This document shows, piece after piece, positions 18,898-28,800 of a DNA stretch of 64,000 nucleotides. The position numbers were made by a program, and so were the translations under genes. This stretch comes from an uncultured Acidobacteriota bacterium. Lineage in GTDB: Bacteria > Actinomycetota > Acidimicrobiia > Spongiisociales > ZC4RG35. The notes under the pieces were generated by a model. It saw only the letters and a list, made by a program, of their open reading frames with translations, did not search any database and was not told the origin of the DNA. Location of the stretch: positions 64,001 through 128,000 of the forward strand of contig CAWHEU010000022.1 in NCBI GenBank assembly GCA_963828465.1, read 5' to 3'. Position 1 is the first letter of the stretch; the number at the start of each line of letters is the position of its first letter.

Positions 18898-20289
18898 ATG
18901 GGAGCGAAGGTGGCGGGTCGAAACAGGGCTGGGCCCGCGTCCAAGCAATGGAGTATCCCCTCCAAGCTGACCTTGGCCACTGTGCCGATCGTGGTGGTTG
19001 CTGGCCTGCTCGGGGTGTTCCTGGTGTGGTCGCTGTCGGCTTCAGGAGATGTCTGGCTTGCGGTGATAGTCGGGATCGTTGTCGGGCTCGTGGCTGTCGG
19101 ATCGCTTGTCGTCTCTTACCGGATCGGCCGAGCGATCGGCACCCGAATCGGTGCTGTCACCCACGCAGCGAGGCGTGTCGCCCATAAGGATCTGGTCGAG
19201 CTGCTCGACGCACTGCGCACATCCGATCCTGGCTCCGACGCCATCTCACCACTGGGTCTCGACATCGACTCGGGCGATGAGATCGGTGATCTGTCCCGAT
19301 CATTCGAAAACATGCACCGGGCCTTGATCGATACTTCGACCCGACAGATGGAGTCTTTGCGTGTAGGGGTGTCGGGCATCCTGGTAACTCTCGCTCGGCG
19401 CAACAGCTCGCTGGTCGATCGACAGCTGGCGCTGCTCGACGAACTCGAGTCCCGCGAGGAGGATCCTGAGACCCTCGGAGGGTATTACCAGGTCGACCAT
19501 CTGGCGGCACGGATGCGCCGGAATGCCGAAAGCCTCCTCGTGCTCGCCGGGTCCGAGTCACCCCGTGTATGGGCTAAGCCCACGGAGATCTCCGATGTGG
19601 TTCGAGCTGCGCTGAGCGAGGTGGATGAGTACCAGCGCGTCGAGCTGCTCGCCTTGGAGCCGGCTCGCCTGTCTGCCGGAGCCGTTACCGATGTCGCACA
19701 TCTCCTCGCCGAGCTCTTCGAGAACTCCCTGCAGTTCTCTCCGCCGACCGAGCCCGTGCGCGTCACCGGGCTATTCGACGTCGGTGGGTATGAGCTCTCG
19801 ATCTCGGACCACGGGGTCGGGATATCCGACCCGAGGCTGGCCGAGATGAACCGGATCCTCGAGCGCCCGCCCGCCCTCGGCCTATCGGTCGAGCCCACGA
19901 TGGGGATATATGTCGTAGCGAAGCTCGCCCATCGGCACGGGCTCGATGTCCAGCTGATCCCCAGTGTCCCCGGAATCACTGTCAAGGTGACCATTCCCCG
20001 CGATCGTCTGGAGATGGCGAGGGTAGAGCCGGACTACGACGTCATCGATCTGACACAGCCAGAGATGATCGAAACCGCCGACCCTGAGCCGGTCGCGGTG
20101 GCGCCGGTGCCTGTCGCCGAGGTGGAAGCCGGAGATCTGCCGGTGCGCATCCCGGGCCGAGCGTTCCGCGAGGAGGAGCCGGCAACAACCATCGCTGCCG
20201 GAGAGGGCGGCGGCACCCTCAGATCGGCGCTGGTCGATTACAACCGGGGCAGGGCCGAGGCCGAGGCACAGGGGGAGAGCGATGACTGA
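18898..20289 (+). CDS. Conservon sensor histidine kinase-like protein (CvnA)
   Basis: Two TMs, HAMP (DEIGDLSRSF), LARR...LDELESREEDPETL...DHLAARMRRNAESLLVLAG, LAELFENS..FSPP, DHGVGI; TAACGT 7 nt before ATG 18898. Confidence 0.92.
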   Translation: MGAKVAGRNRAGPASKQWSIPSKLTLATVPIVVVAGLLGVFLVWSLSASGDVWLAVIVGIVVGLVAVGSLVVSYRIGRAIGTRIGAVTHAARRVAHKDLVELLDALRTSDPGSDAISPLGLDIDSGDEIGDLSRSFENMHRALIDTSTRQMESLRVGVSGILVTLARRNSSLVDRQLALLDELESREEDPETLGGYYQVDHLAARMRRNAESLLVLAGSESPRVWAKPTEISDVVRAALSEVDEYQRVELLALEPARLSAGAVTDVAHLLAELFENSLQFSPPTEPVRVTGLFDVGGYELSISDHGVGISDPRLAEMNRILERPPALGLSVEPTMGIYVVAKLAHRHGLDVQLIPSVPGITVKVTIPRDRLEMARVEPDYDVIDLTQPEMIETADPEPVAVAPVPVAEVEAGDLPVRIPGRAFREEEPATTIAAGEGGGTLRSALVDYNRGRAEAEAQGESDD

Positions 20290-20707
20290 CGCTGCCACCA
20301 ATCTCAACTGGCTGATCGAGCGTCTCTGCGCGACAGTGCCCGCCATCAAACAGGCGGTCGTGGTCTCATCCGATGGGCTCGCCATGGCCAAGTCACAGGA
20401 CGTCGACCGCGAGACGGCGGAGAGATTGGCTGCCGTGTCATCAGGCATGATCGGCCTGGCCTACGGGTCCGCCGGCCGGTTTGGGGCCGGTGCGGTGTCG
20501 AACATCATCGTCGAGATGCAGCAGGGTTGGCTCTTCGTCACCGGCATCCGTCACGGCTCCCTCCTCTGCTGTCTCACCAGCAAAGAGATCGACCTTGGGG
20601 CGGTCGCCTTCGAAATGTCCATCTTCGTGCAGCGGGTCGGCGACAGTCTCACTCCCGACGTTCGGGAGGAGCTCAAGGCACGGCTGGTCGAACCCGAGCC
20701 GGCATGA
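20282..20707 (+). CDS. Roadblock/LC7 domain protein (CvnB)
   Basis: LNWLI, AVVVSSDGL, AERLAAVSSG, VEMQQGWLFV. Confidence 0.93.
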   Translation: MTDAATNLNWLIERLCATVPAIKQAVVVSSDGLAMAKSQDVDRETAERLAAVSSGMIGLAYGSAGRFGAGAVSNIIVEMQQGWLFVTGIRHGSLLCCLTSKEIDLGAVAFEMSIFVQRVGDSLTPDVREELKARLVEPEPA

Positions 20708-21084
20708 GCACCGAGCCCGGAACCCCTCTCGGCGGCCGGATCGTCCGCCCATACACCATGACCGGTGGGCGGAGCGGTGTGGGACTCCCCAATATCGCCC
20801 TCGAAGCCCTGGTCGCCGTGACCCCTGCTGGGATGCGAATGCGGGGTCGTTTCCGCTGGGAAGCCGCTGAGATCATCGCCCAGAGCCGCAAGGAGATCGC
20901 CATCGTCGAGCTGGCGGCGAATCTCGAGGTCCCGGTCGGCGTGATCCGTGTTCTCGCCGCTGACCTGCGCGACCAAGGAGCGATCACCATCACCGAGCCG
21001 CTGTCCGAAGCCACGGTCGATTCAGGTGACACCGAATATGCCGAACTCCTCCACAAGGTGCTCGATGGGATCCGGGCTCTCTGA
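20704..21084 (+). CDS. DUF742 domain protein (CvnC)
   Basis: IVRPYTMTGGR, VELAANLEVPVGVIRVLAADL, LLHKVLDGIRAL; ATGA overlap. Confidence 0.93.
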   Translation: MSTEPGTPLGGRIVRPYTMTGGRSGVGLPNIALEALVAVTPAGMRMRGRFRWEAAEIIAQSRKEIAIVELAANLEVPVGVIRVLAADLRDQGAITITEPLSEATVDSGDTEYAELLHKVLDGIRAL

Positions 21085-21652
21085 GCGCACCGGGCTGACC
21101 CCGGTCAAGATCGTCATCGCCGGCGGCTTCGGCGTGGGCAAAACGACCTTCGTTGGCGCCATCTCCGAGATCGAGCCATTGCGAAGCGAGGCGATCATCA
21201 CCGACGCCAGCGCGGGGATCGATGAGCTCTACCCCGACGGCACTAAGACCGAAACGACGGTGGCCATGGATTTCGGCCGCATCAGCCTCAAGCATCGTCT
21301 CGTCCTCTATCTGTTCGGCACCCCCGGTCAGGACCGCTTCCATTTCATGTGGGACGAGCTGGCCCGGGGCGCCATTGGGGCAGTGGTCCTGGTCGACACC
21401 CGCCGAATCGAGGCGTGTTTTGCCGCCATCGACTTCTTCGAGAAGCGGGGAACACCGTTCGTAGTGGCGGTGAACACCTTCCACGGGCGTCGAATCCACG
21501 AGCCCGAACTGGTTCGGGAAGCACTGCGCATTGGCCCCGACATCCCGATTGTCTATTGCGATGCCAGGGTCCGTGTGGATGTCCAACGAGCGCTACAGGC
21601 GGTGGTCGAACACACCTTGGAACGGGTGATGTCCGAGTCTGCGGCCAGCTGA
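21065..21652 (+). CDS. Small ATP/GTP-binding protein (CvnD, MglA-like)
   Basis: KIVIAGGFGVGKTT, TTVAMDFGRI, LYLFGTPGQDRF, CDAR. Confidence 0.94.
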   Translation: MGSGLSERTGLTPVKIVIAGGFGVGKTTFVGAISEIEPLRSEAIITDASAGIDELYPDGTKTETTVAMDFGRISLKHRLVLYLFGTPGQDRFHFMWDELARGAIGAVVLVDTRRIEACFAAIDFFEKRGTPFVVAVNTFHGRRIHEPELVREALRIGPDIPIVYCDARVRVDVQRALQAVVEHTLERVMSESAAS

Positions 21653-21653
21653 C

Positions 21654-23282
21654 TCAGGCCGGAATGCCGACGGGCTCCGCCTCCCAAAGGCCCTGATTGA
21701 CCCTCAGCGATTCGGAGGGAAGCCGCAATTCGAAGACATTGTGCCCGTCTCCGGTGCGTCGGTAGGTGATGTCACCGTCCATCTGCCGGGCGAGACGTCG
21801 GGCCACCGTGAGGCTGAGACCCACAGCGGCCGGCCGGGTCACCGGGCCGCCGGCTCGAAGGTCGCCGTTGAAAATCTTCTCCCGATCAGGGACCGGTATG
21901 GCAGGCCCGTCATCGATGACGGATACGACGGTATCGGGTCCGGAGCCAGCCGTCTCCAGGCTGACGACCGATCCGCCGTATCGAACGGAATTGGCGATGA
22001 GGCTGTCGAGGATCCTGATGGTGATCCCTGGATCGGCCCACAACGAAGTCGCATCGATGTCGACCGCGATGTTCTCGGCACCAGGAATGTCGGACAGGGC
22101 CTCCCGGCATAGAACGGCGGCGTCGACGGAGCGCGCCAGATGATGTGACGGGGCCTTGCTAGCGGAGACGATGAGATCGTCGACGATCGAGGCCATCTCC
22201 TTGACTAGGGAATCGATGCGGCGAACGCTGCGATGCAGGTCGACCGGATCCCCCTCGGCCCGAGCAGTCAGATCGAGAACAGCGCCAATCGATACCCGGA
22301 GATCCTCGGCTATCGCCGCGACGAACTCGTCTCTGCCCTGGATCAAGCGCTCCAGGCGGAGTTCGTCGTGATGCGCTCGGGTCGAATCCTCAAGTTGGAG
22401 GAAGATTGTGGCCGGCCGATGCCTACCGGCGCGCAGGAAAGAGAGCGACAGCTGGCCCCAGATGGCCCGTCCGTTGGAGGCTCGCCAGCGCATCCAGGTG
22501 GTGGCGCTCTGTGTTTCGCCGTTGCCCATGTCCTCCCAGACCTGTCCCAACTCGGTGAGGTCGTCGGTGTGCACGACGCCCCTGATGTTTGTGCCGGCCA
22601 CCGGCCCGAGCACGCCGGTCAGAGCCTCATTGGCGTCGAGGAATTCACCGGAAGGTGTGAGCACGGCCATACCGATGTTCGCCTTTTCGAAGCCAAACCT
22701 GTACCCGTCCTCGCCAATTGCCCGCTTGGATTCCCCCCGCGCCGCCAGGCGCCAGCCGGCGATCAGGAGCGCCACCAGGACGAGCGTCAACGTAAGAAAC
22801 ACAACTGGCATCGCGACATGGCCCACGCCATAGCGTTGGATATACGCCTCTCGATACATCACGACGAAATTGAATATCTGGAACCCGACTACATAGACGA
22901 ACCCGGCGAGGACCAACCGCCACTCCTGATAGAACGAGATGGCGACGAGGGCGAGCAGGAAAGCGAATTGCGATTCGGCCGAACCCTCGAGGTAGCGGAC
23001 GACGATCCCCGCCGCGGTTACGAGGCCTAGCGAGACTGCTCCGGCGGCCATGCCCTGCGTCCTCGAGGTCATGCCGATCACGGCCATCACCACGAGGATC
23101 AGCGATGCGATCACGATCTCGTAGATAGGCACCTCCCTGACCAAGCCAACCACGGCGAGAACGGGCACCTGGACGAGGAGCAGAACGAGCAAGAAGCGAT
23201 GCCGGGTGGCGAAGACCTTCGCGTCCGTTTCCTCGCGGACTCGAAGCGGCCTTCTCTTCCCCGGAAAGAGACGCCTGAGCAT
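21654..23282 (-). CDS. Membrane PAS-domain sensor kinase-like protein with degenerate H-box
   Basis: About 5-6 TMs, PAS (ANIGMAVL, DANEAL, VHTDD), EFVAAIAEDLR, LIANSVRYGG, DDGPAIP, VGLSLTVARRLARQMDG; TATCGT 6 nt before ATG 23282. Confidence 0.85.
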   Translation of the reverse strand: MLRRLFPGKRRPLRVREETDAKVFATRHRFLLVLLLVQVPVLAVVGLVREVPIYEIVIASLILVVMAVIGMTSRTQGMAAGAVSLGLVTAAGIVVRYLEGSAESQFAFLLALVAISFYQEWRLVLAGFVYVVGFQIFNFVVMYREAYIQRYGVGHVAMPVVFLTLTLVLVALLIAGWRLAARGESKRAIGEDGYRFGFEKANIGMAVLTPSGEFLDANEALTGVLGPVAGTNIRGVVHTDDLTELGQVWEDMGNGETQSATTWMRWRASNGRAIWGQLSLSFLRAGRHRPATIFLQLEDSTRAHHDELRLERLIQGRDEFVAAIAEDLRVSIGAVLDLTARAEGDPVDLHRSVRRIDSLVKEMASIVDDLIVSASKAPSHHLARSVDAAVLCREALSDIPGAENIAVDIDATSLWADPGITIRILDSLIANSVRYGGSVVSLETAGSGPDTVVSVIDDGPAIPVPDREKIFNGDLRAGGPVTRPAAVGLSLTVARRLARQMDGDITYRRTGDGHNVFELRLPSESLRVNQGLWEAEPVGIPA

Positions 23283-23376
23283 CGGTACACGATATCGCCA
23301 CGGAGTCTCGAGGCCTGGCACCTCCAAATCCCGAGGTCCTTGGTTGGGCGGGCGCCGCGGAATACCGTTTGTGGCC

Positions 23377-24108
23377 ATGGACATCGCCCAATTGATCGAT
23401 ATCTCATTGGCCAACGGTGACGAGCGACGTGTTGAGGTGATGTCGCTGGAGCCGGCCGAGGTCCCCGCCCGAGCTGTTGGGTCATTGGTTGGCCTGCTCA
23501 CTGAGGTGACGGGTGTCCTGCGGGCTGCCAGGGCGGCCGAGAGGATCAGGGCCAGCGGTTCCTGGGCAGGCGACACCTATCGGATTTCGATCTCCACACC
23601 GGTTGGAGACTTCGGTGACGGGGTGTCGGCCATCAACCGGTTGTTGGGAGAGCCGGCGTTGGCTATGGGCGTCGCCTCAGCTGCTCGCCTGGCCGAAGGT
23701 CAGGATCTCTCGGTCCGTCTTGCCCCGGACGGCGCCGGCGCGGCATTCCATGTGCTGCTACCGGAGCATCTGGTGAAGAAAGTCGCACCATCTGAGCTGC
23801 CGACGATCGCTGAAGAGCCTCTTGCCGAATTCATCCCCCATGAGATGGATCGTCGGATCCTGGTGCCGGCGGATTCGGCCCGGGACGAAACCGAGGCGTT
23901 CCTGGAGAGTGTGTTCGGGATGCTGCGAGACCCGTGGCACGAGCCCGATCGCCCTGAGCCTGCGGTGCTAAAGGTGCGTGAGCCGGGGGAGAGCTTCTCG
24001 ATGACCGAAGACGATGCCCCGAGCACCTCTGCCGCGGAGGCTGCGGTGGACATCCGGTCGGCATTGTCCACCTTCGACCGTGGTCGTCGAGCCGCCGAAA
24101 TCGCATGA
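23377..24108 (+). CDS. Soluble degenerate paralogue of the CvnA C-terminal (HATPase-like) region
   Basis: RVEVMSLEPAEVPARAVGSLVGLLTEV vs CvnA RVELLALEPARLSAGAVTDVAHLLAEL; LKVREPGESF...IRSALSTFDRGR vs LPVRIPGRAF...LRSALVDYNRGR. Confidence 0.75.
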   Translation: MDIAQLIDISLANGDERRVEVMSLEPAEVPARAVGSLVGLLTEVTGVLRAARAAERIRASGSWAGDTYRISISTPVGDFGDGVSAINRLLGEPALAMGVASAARLAEGQDLSVRLAPDGAGAAFHVLLPEHLVKKVAPSELPTIAEEPLAEFIPHEMDRRILVPADSARDETEAFLESVFGMLRDPWHEPDRPEPAVLKVREPGESFSMTEDDAPSTSAAEAAVDIRSALSTFDRGRRAAEIA

Positions 24109-24204
24109 GAGGCGGTCGAAGCCACGGCGTGAGCCCGCCCAGGCCCGGATTCGTTGTGTAGGTTGTGGCATCAGAATTCGTGGCCCCGGTGAAAGGACTC
24201 TGAT

Positions 24205-24513
24205 ATGTGCTGTGTCGCGACGGTCATGGTCCTGCTCGGGCCCCGTCTAGGGATCATTGTCTGGGGTCTGGCGCAGCCCGCCCGCTGGGATCTGGCCTTC
24301 TCCACGTTCGTGTGGCCGCTCCTCGGGTTCGTATTCCTTCCGTGGACCACCCTGATGTACGTGGCCGTCGCCCCAGGCGGGGTAACCGGCTTCGATTGGT
24401 TTGGGATCGTTCTTGCGGTCGTGGCCGATATCGCCTCCTACTCCGGCGGTGCCTACGGGAACCGGGAACGGATCAGGAGCTACACGCCGAGTGCTCCGCC
24501 GGTGCCCAGGTAG
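24205..24513 (+). CDS. Small hypothetical membrane protein
   Basis: About three hydrophobic segments, GPR...PLLGFVFLPWTTLMY...ADIASY. Confidence 0.8.
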   Translation: MCCVATVMVLLGPRLGIIVWGLAQPARWDLAFSTFVWPLLGFVFLPWTTLMYVAVAPGGVTGFDWFGIVLAVVADIASYSGGAYGNRERIRSYTPSAPPVPR

Positions 24514-24566
24514 TCGGGCAAGTCTCGGCCCTTTGAGCGGCGCCGGTCACCTCAGGCAGGTGGCTC

Positions 24567-25738
24567 CTATACGGCCATGTCGGCTGTCAGCACGGCCGCC
24601 AGGACACCGGTAGCTCCGACGAGAACCCATAGAGGATCGGTCTGAACCAACAGACCGATGAGCGCCAGGAATGGGACTCCAGCCAGCCGGTTGATAGCTA
24701 TCGCTCGGTTCACCGCCCCGGGGGTGTGGCTGACGGACGCGATCTGGATGACCGCCATGCATACCAGGGCAAGGGCGACACCCCCACCAGGAGCCAGCGC
24801 TGGGCGGTGAGCATCGGCTCCTCACCCGCACTGAGAATGGCCTGGTCGAGTGCGACTCCGACGATCGCCAGCGATGCCGCTAGCGGTAGATGGGTGTAGA
24901 TCCAACCCGTCGGACGCCACGTCTTGCCCTCGATGTTCCGGCGCCTGACGACACTGCCCTCGGCGTTGTCGAAGTAGAGCCACCAGAGAAGCGTCGCCAA
25001 CAACACACCCAGGATCGTGGCGATCAGCGACGAAGACGACCATCCGATATGGCTGAGCCCGGACACGACGGCGGCGAGCGATTCGCCGAGCACGAGGATC
25101 ACGAACAGCCCGAAGCGCTCGGGGAGATGTGACTGGTCGAGAGGCACTGTGGCCTGTTGGCGTCTGACCACCCACGGTGTGGCGAGATCGATGGCCAGGG
25201 CCACCCCCCAAACGTAGAAGCGGGCCGGATCCGGTACGAGAACCGATGCCGTCCACACCACTGCCGCCGCGCCGAAGCCGATCAGGTAACCGGAGACCAG
25301 GCTGCGTGTCTCGGCGACATGCCGGTACACCCTGTAATAGAGGGCGAGGAGAACCAATCGGGCACTCGCATATCCGACTGCGAACACGGTGGTAGAGGCA
25401 GACGGGCCTTCGGCCAGAGAAGCGGCTATTACGAGGATGGCAACCATTTGTGCCGCCGACCACAACCGATAGATGAGATCGTCGGTGTCATAACGATCGG
25501 CGTAGAAAGTGTTGCTGGCCCAGAGCCACCAGAGCAGGGCGAAGTAACCGAAGAACGACCACAAGCCTGTCCACGACGTGTCGGCGAGGAGACGTGCTCC
25601 GAGAACTGCGATGGCCACCACAAAGGCGAGGTCATAGAAGAGCTCGAGCCAGGTGGCACTCCGATGCCCACCGTCTCCCATCGTCTGAAGACGGGGGGGA
25701 GCAATTCTTGCCATCCGCGCCGCTCTTGGCTCGCTCAC
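24567..25738 (-). CDS. Second LtrA family membrane protein, frameshift near 24783
   Basis: ATWLELFYDLAFV, HLPERFGLFVILVLGES; last TMs continue in ORF 24567-24758 after a G run one base short. Confidence 0.88.
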
Positions 25739-25844
25739 CTCGATTTGCTCCCTAGCTCGTCACCACATTCCAGCCATTGGACAATATCCGGCGTCGGGCC
25801 GGTGGCGGCGGGGGCGGGACCAATGTGGCTCTAATCTCCCTCAC

Positions 25845-28800
25845 ATGAGCGCCTCTCCTCAGCCCTACCTGCCGCGCATGGTGCGCGACTGGGACGAGGA
25901 GGCGCCCGGCCAATTGCACCAGTGTCTCGAAGGGTCGATGGTCTTCGTTGACATTTCGGGGTTCACCGCGATGTCCGAGCGACTGGCCAAGCACGGGAAG
26001 CTCGGGGCTGAGGAGCTCACCGCGGTGATCGCCGCCACCTTCCATGAGCTGCTCGCAGCCGCCTACTCCTTTGGATCCAGCCTCCTCAAATTCGGCGGAG
26101 ATGCCTTGTTGCTCTTTTTCGCCGGTGACCAGCACGCGCTTCGCAGCTGCGCCGCGGCCCGGGCTATGCAACAGCGGCTGGATGAGGTCGGCGTGTGTGT
26201 CACCAGTGCCGGCAAGGTCACGCTGCGGATGTCGGTCGGCATTCACAGCGGCATGTTCGACTTCTTCTTGGTGGGAGGGTCCCATCGAGAATTGATCGTC
26301 TCCGGCCCTGCAGCCTCTCGAACAGTTGAGATGGAGGGCGCAGCGCGAGCTGGCCAGGTCCTGATCAGCCCGGGGACCGCTTCCGCGATTCCGGCGGCGA
26401 ACAGGGGAAGGCCGTCGGGTCCCGGTGTCCTGCTCAGAGGGGCAGTGGACGTGGAGAGCAAGCCGCGAGAACACGTCGAATCGTCACCCGACGAGCTGGC
26501 TCAGTTCGTCCCGATCGGTCTTTGCCAGCTGTTGTTGAGTGGCGAGGTAGAGCCTGAACACCGACCGGCCACGGTGGCCTTTCTCCAGCATCACGGTCTC
26601 GATGATGTCATCGAGCGTGATGGTGCCGACGTGGCCGCCCAGAGGCTGGATTCCTTGATCCGTTCGGTCCAGGAGGCCGCAGACGCCCGTGCCATCACCT
26701 TCCTCGCGACTGACATCGCGACCAATGGCGGAAAGATCATCCTCACCGCCGGCGTTCCGTCGACGACCGGCCGGGATGAAGAGGAGATGTTGCTCGCACT
26801 TCGTCAGGTGATGTCGAGCGGACCTGACCTACCCACCTCGGTAGGTGTCAATTGGGGTCGGGTATTCGCCGGCGAGGTTGGCACGCCTTACCGCCGCACT
26901 TACACGGTGATGGGGGACACAGTGAACCTCGCTGCACGACTCATGGCGCGGGCGCCTGCAGGTGAGATATATGCCACATCCGAGGTGGTGACAGCTTCAC
27001 GAACCACCTTCGTGCTAAGCACCATCGAACCATTCATGGTCAAGGGGAAGAAACTCCCGGTCAACGCGGTGTCGGTTGGCGATCCGCAGGGGAGCAAGAG
27101 CCAGCGGGCAGCCGGTGGGCTCCCACTCATCGGGCGTGACCAGGAGCTGACGCTACTCACAGCCGCCTGGGAGAGGGCTCGGGCCGGCAACGGCCAAATG
27201 GTGGAGCTCGCCGCCGATGCCGGCATGGGAAAGAGTCGCCTCGTAGAGGAATTCCTGGCCACTACTCAACCGGACCGGGTGATTCACACCGAATGCCGTC
27301 TCTATCAATCGGCGACGCCGTACTTCCCATTCCGGGAGCTCCTGAGCGAGGTCTGGGGGCTCACGGGCCTCGATCCCGATGCCTCAGAGAAGGCGCTGTT
27401 TGAGCTGGTCGACACGCTGGCACCAGAGCTCGGCCCGTGGCTTTCCCTGATCGGGCTGGCGTTGGGCTTGGAGATCGCCGACTCTGTCGAGGTGTCGCAG
27501 CTAGAGGATCAGTTCCGTCCGGTGCGTGCCATGGCCGCTATCGGTTCTTTGCTCGAGGCGACGATGAAGGACCCGGTCGTGTTCGTCGTCGACGACACGC
27601 ATTGGATGGACGAGCCATCTAGGGACTTGCTGGCAAGCCTGGTCTTGGGAATGGACCGCTATCCATGGATGTTCGTGCTGACCCGGTCACTCGGTGCAGA
27701 GGGGTTTATGGCACCTGAGTCTCCGTCCGTGACCAGGGTCGAGCTCCATCCCTTGGGACTCGATGAAGCAAGAAATCTCATTTTCAGCGCCACAGAGGAA
27801 GCTCCGCTGCCCCCTCAGCAAGTGGAGCAGCTGGCCCGGCAGGCTGATGGGAACCCACTCTTCTTGGTCGAGTTGCTGCAAGCCCTACGCCATAGTGGGT
27901 CGCTCGAGGAGATCCCACAGTCCGTGGAAGCGATGATCGCGGCCCGGATCGACACCTTGCCGCTCTCTGACAGGAATCTTCTCCGCCGGCTCTCGGTCCT
28001 TGGCAATGGGTTCCAACTGGAGCAGGTGTCGGCTGTGCTCGGAATGGACGGGGAGATCCCGCAGGATCAGGGGCGCTCGGTGCGAAGGCTCTCCGCATTT
28101 CTCAACGTGGACAAGTCGGGATGGGTCGATTTCCAGCACTCGCTGATCCGGGACGTCGCCTACGACGGGCTTCCCTACAAGACTCGCGAACGGCTCCATG
28201 CCCAGGTGGGCGACGCGACCTTCGCCACTTGCCGGGGTCGGCCCGAGGAGTTTGCCGAGATCCTCTCGCTGCACTACTTCTATGCCAAAAAGTGGAGCCG
28301 CACCTGGCGTTTCTCCCGCATGGCGGGCGACCGCGCTCGGGAGATCTACGCCAATCACGAGGCGGCCGTCTTCTACGAGCGGGCCCTCACTTCCTCCCGG
28401 CATCTCGACTGGGTAACGCATGCCGACCGGGCCGACGTGCTCACGGCCATGGCCTCGGTCCTGTACGAGGCCGGCTCGTTCGACCGGACCATTACGTCCC
28501 TGCGCGAAGCCACCCGGCTCATCGACGACGATCCGGTTGCCCGGGCCGACCTGCATCTCTCATTGGCCCGTTCCTATCAACGCAAAGGCGCCCTATCGCG
28601 AGCCCTGCGTGAATCAGCCCTGGGATTGAAATTGGTGGAGAGGAGCGATCTTCCCGAGGCCCGGAGGGCAACCGCCAGACTTCGGGCAGTTCGCGCAGGC
28701 CTCTTCGCCGATCAGTTCCGACCCCGGATGGCACTTCAGGTTGGTCTGAAGGCGGTCGAGGAGGCAGAGGCCAGCGGGGAGATGGACGCCCTGGCGCGGG

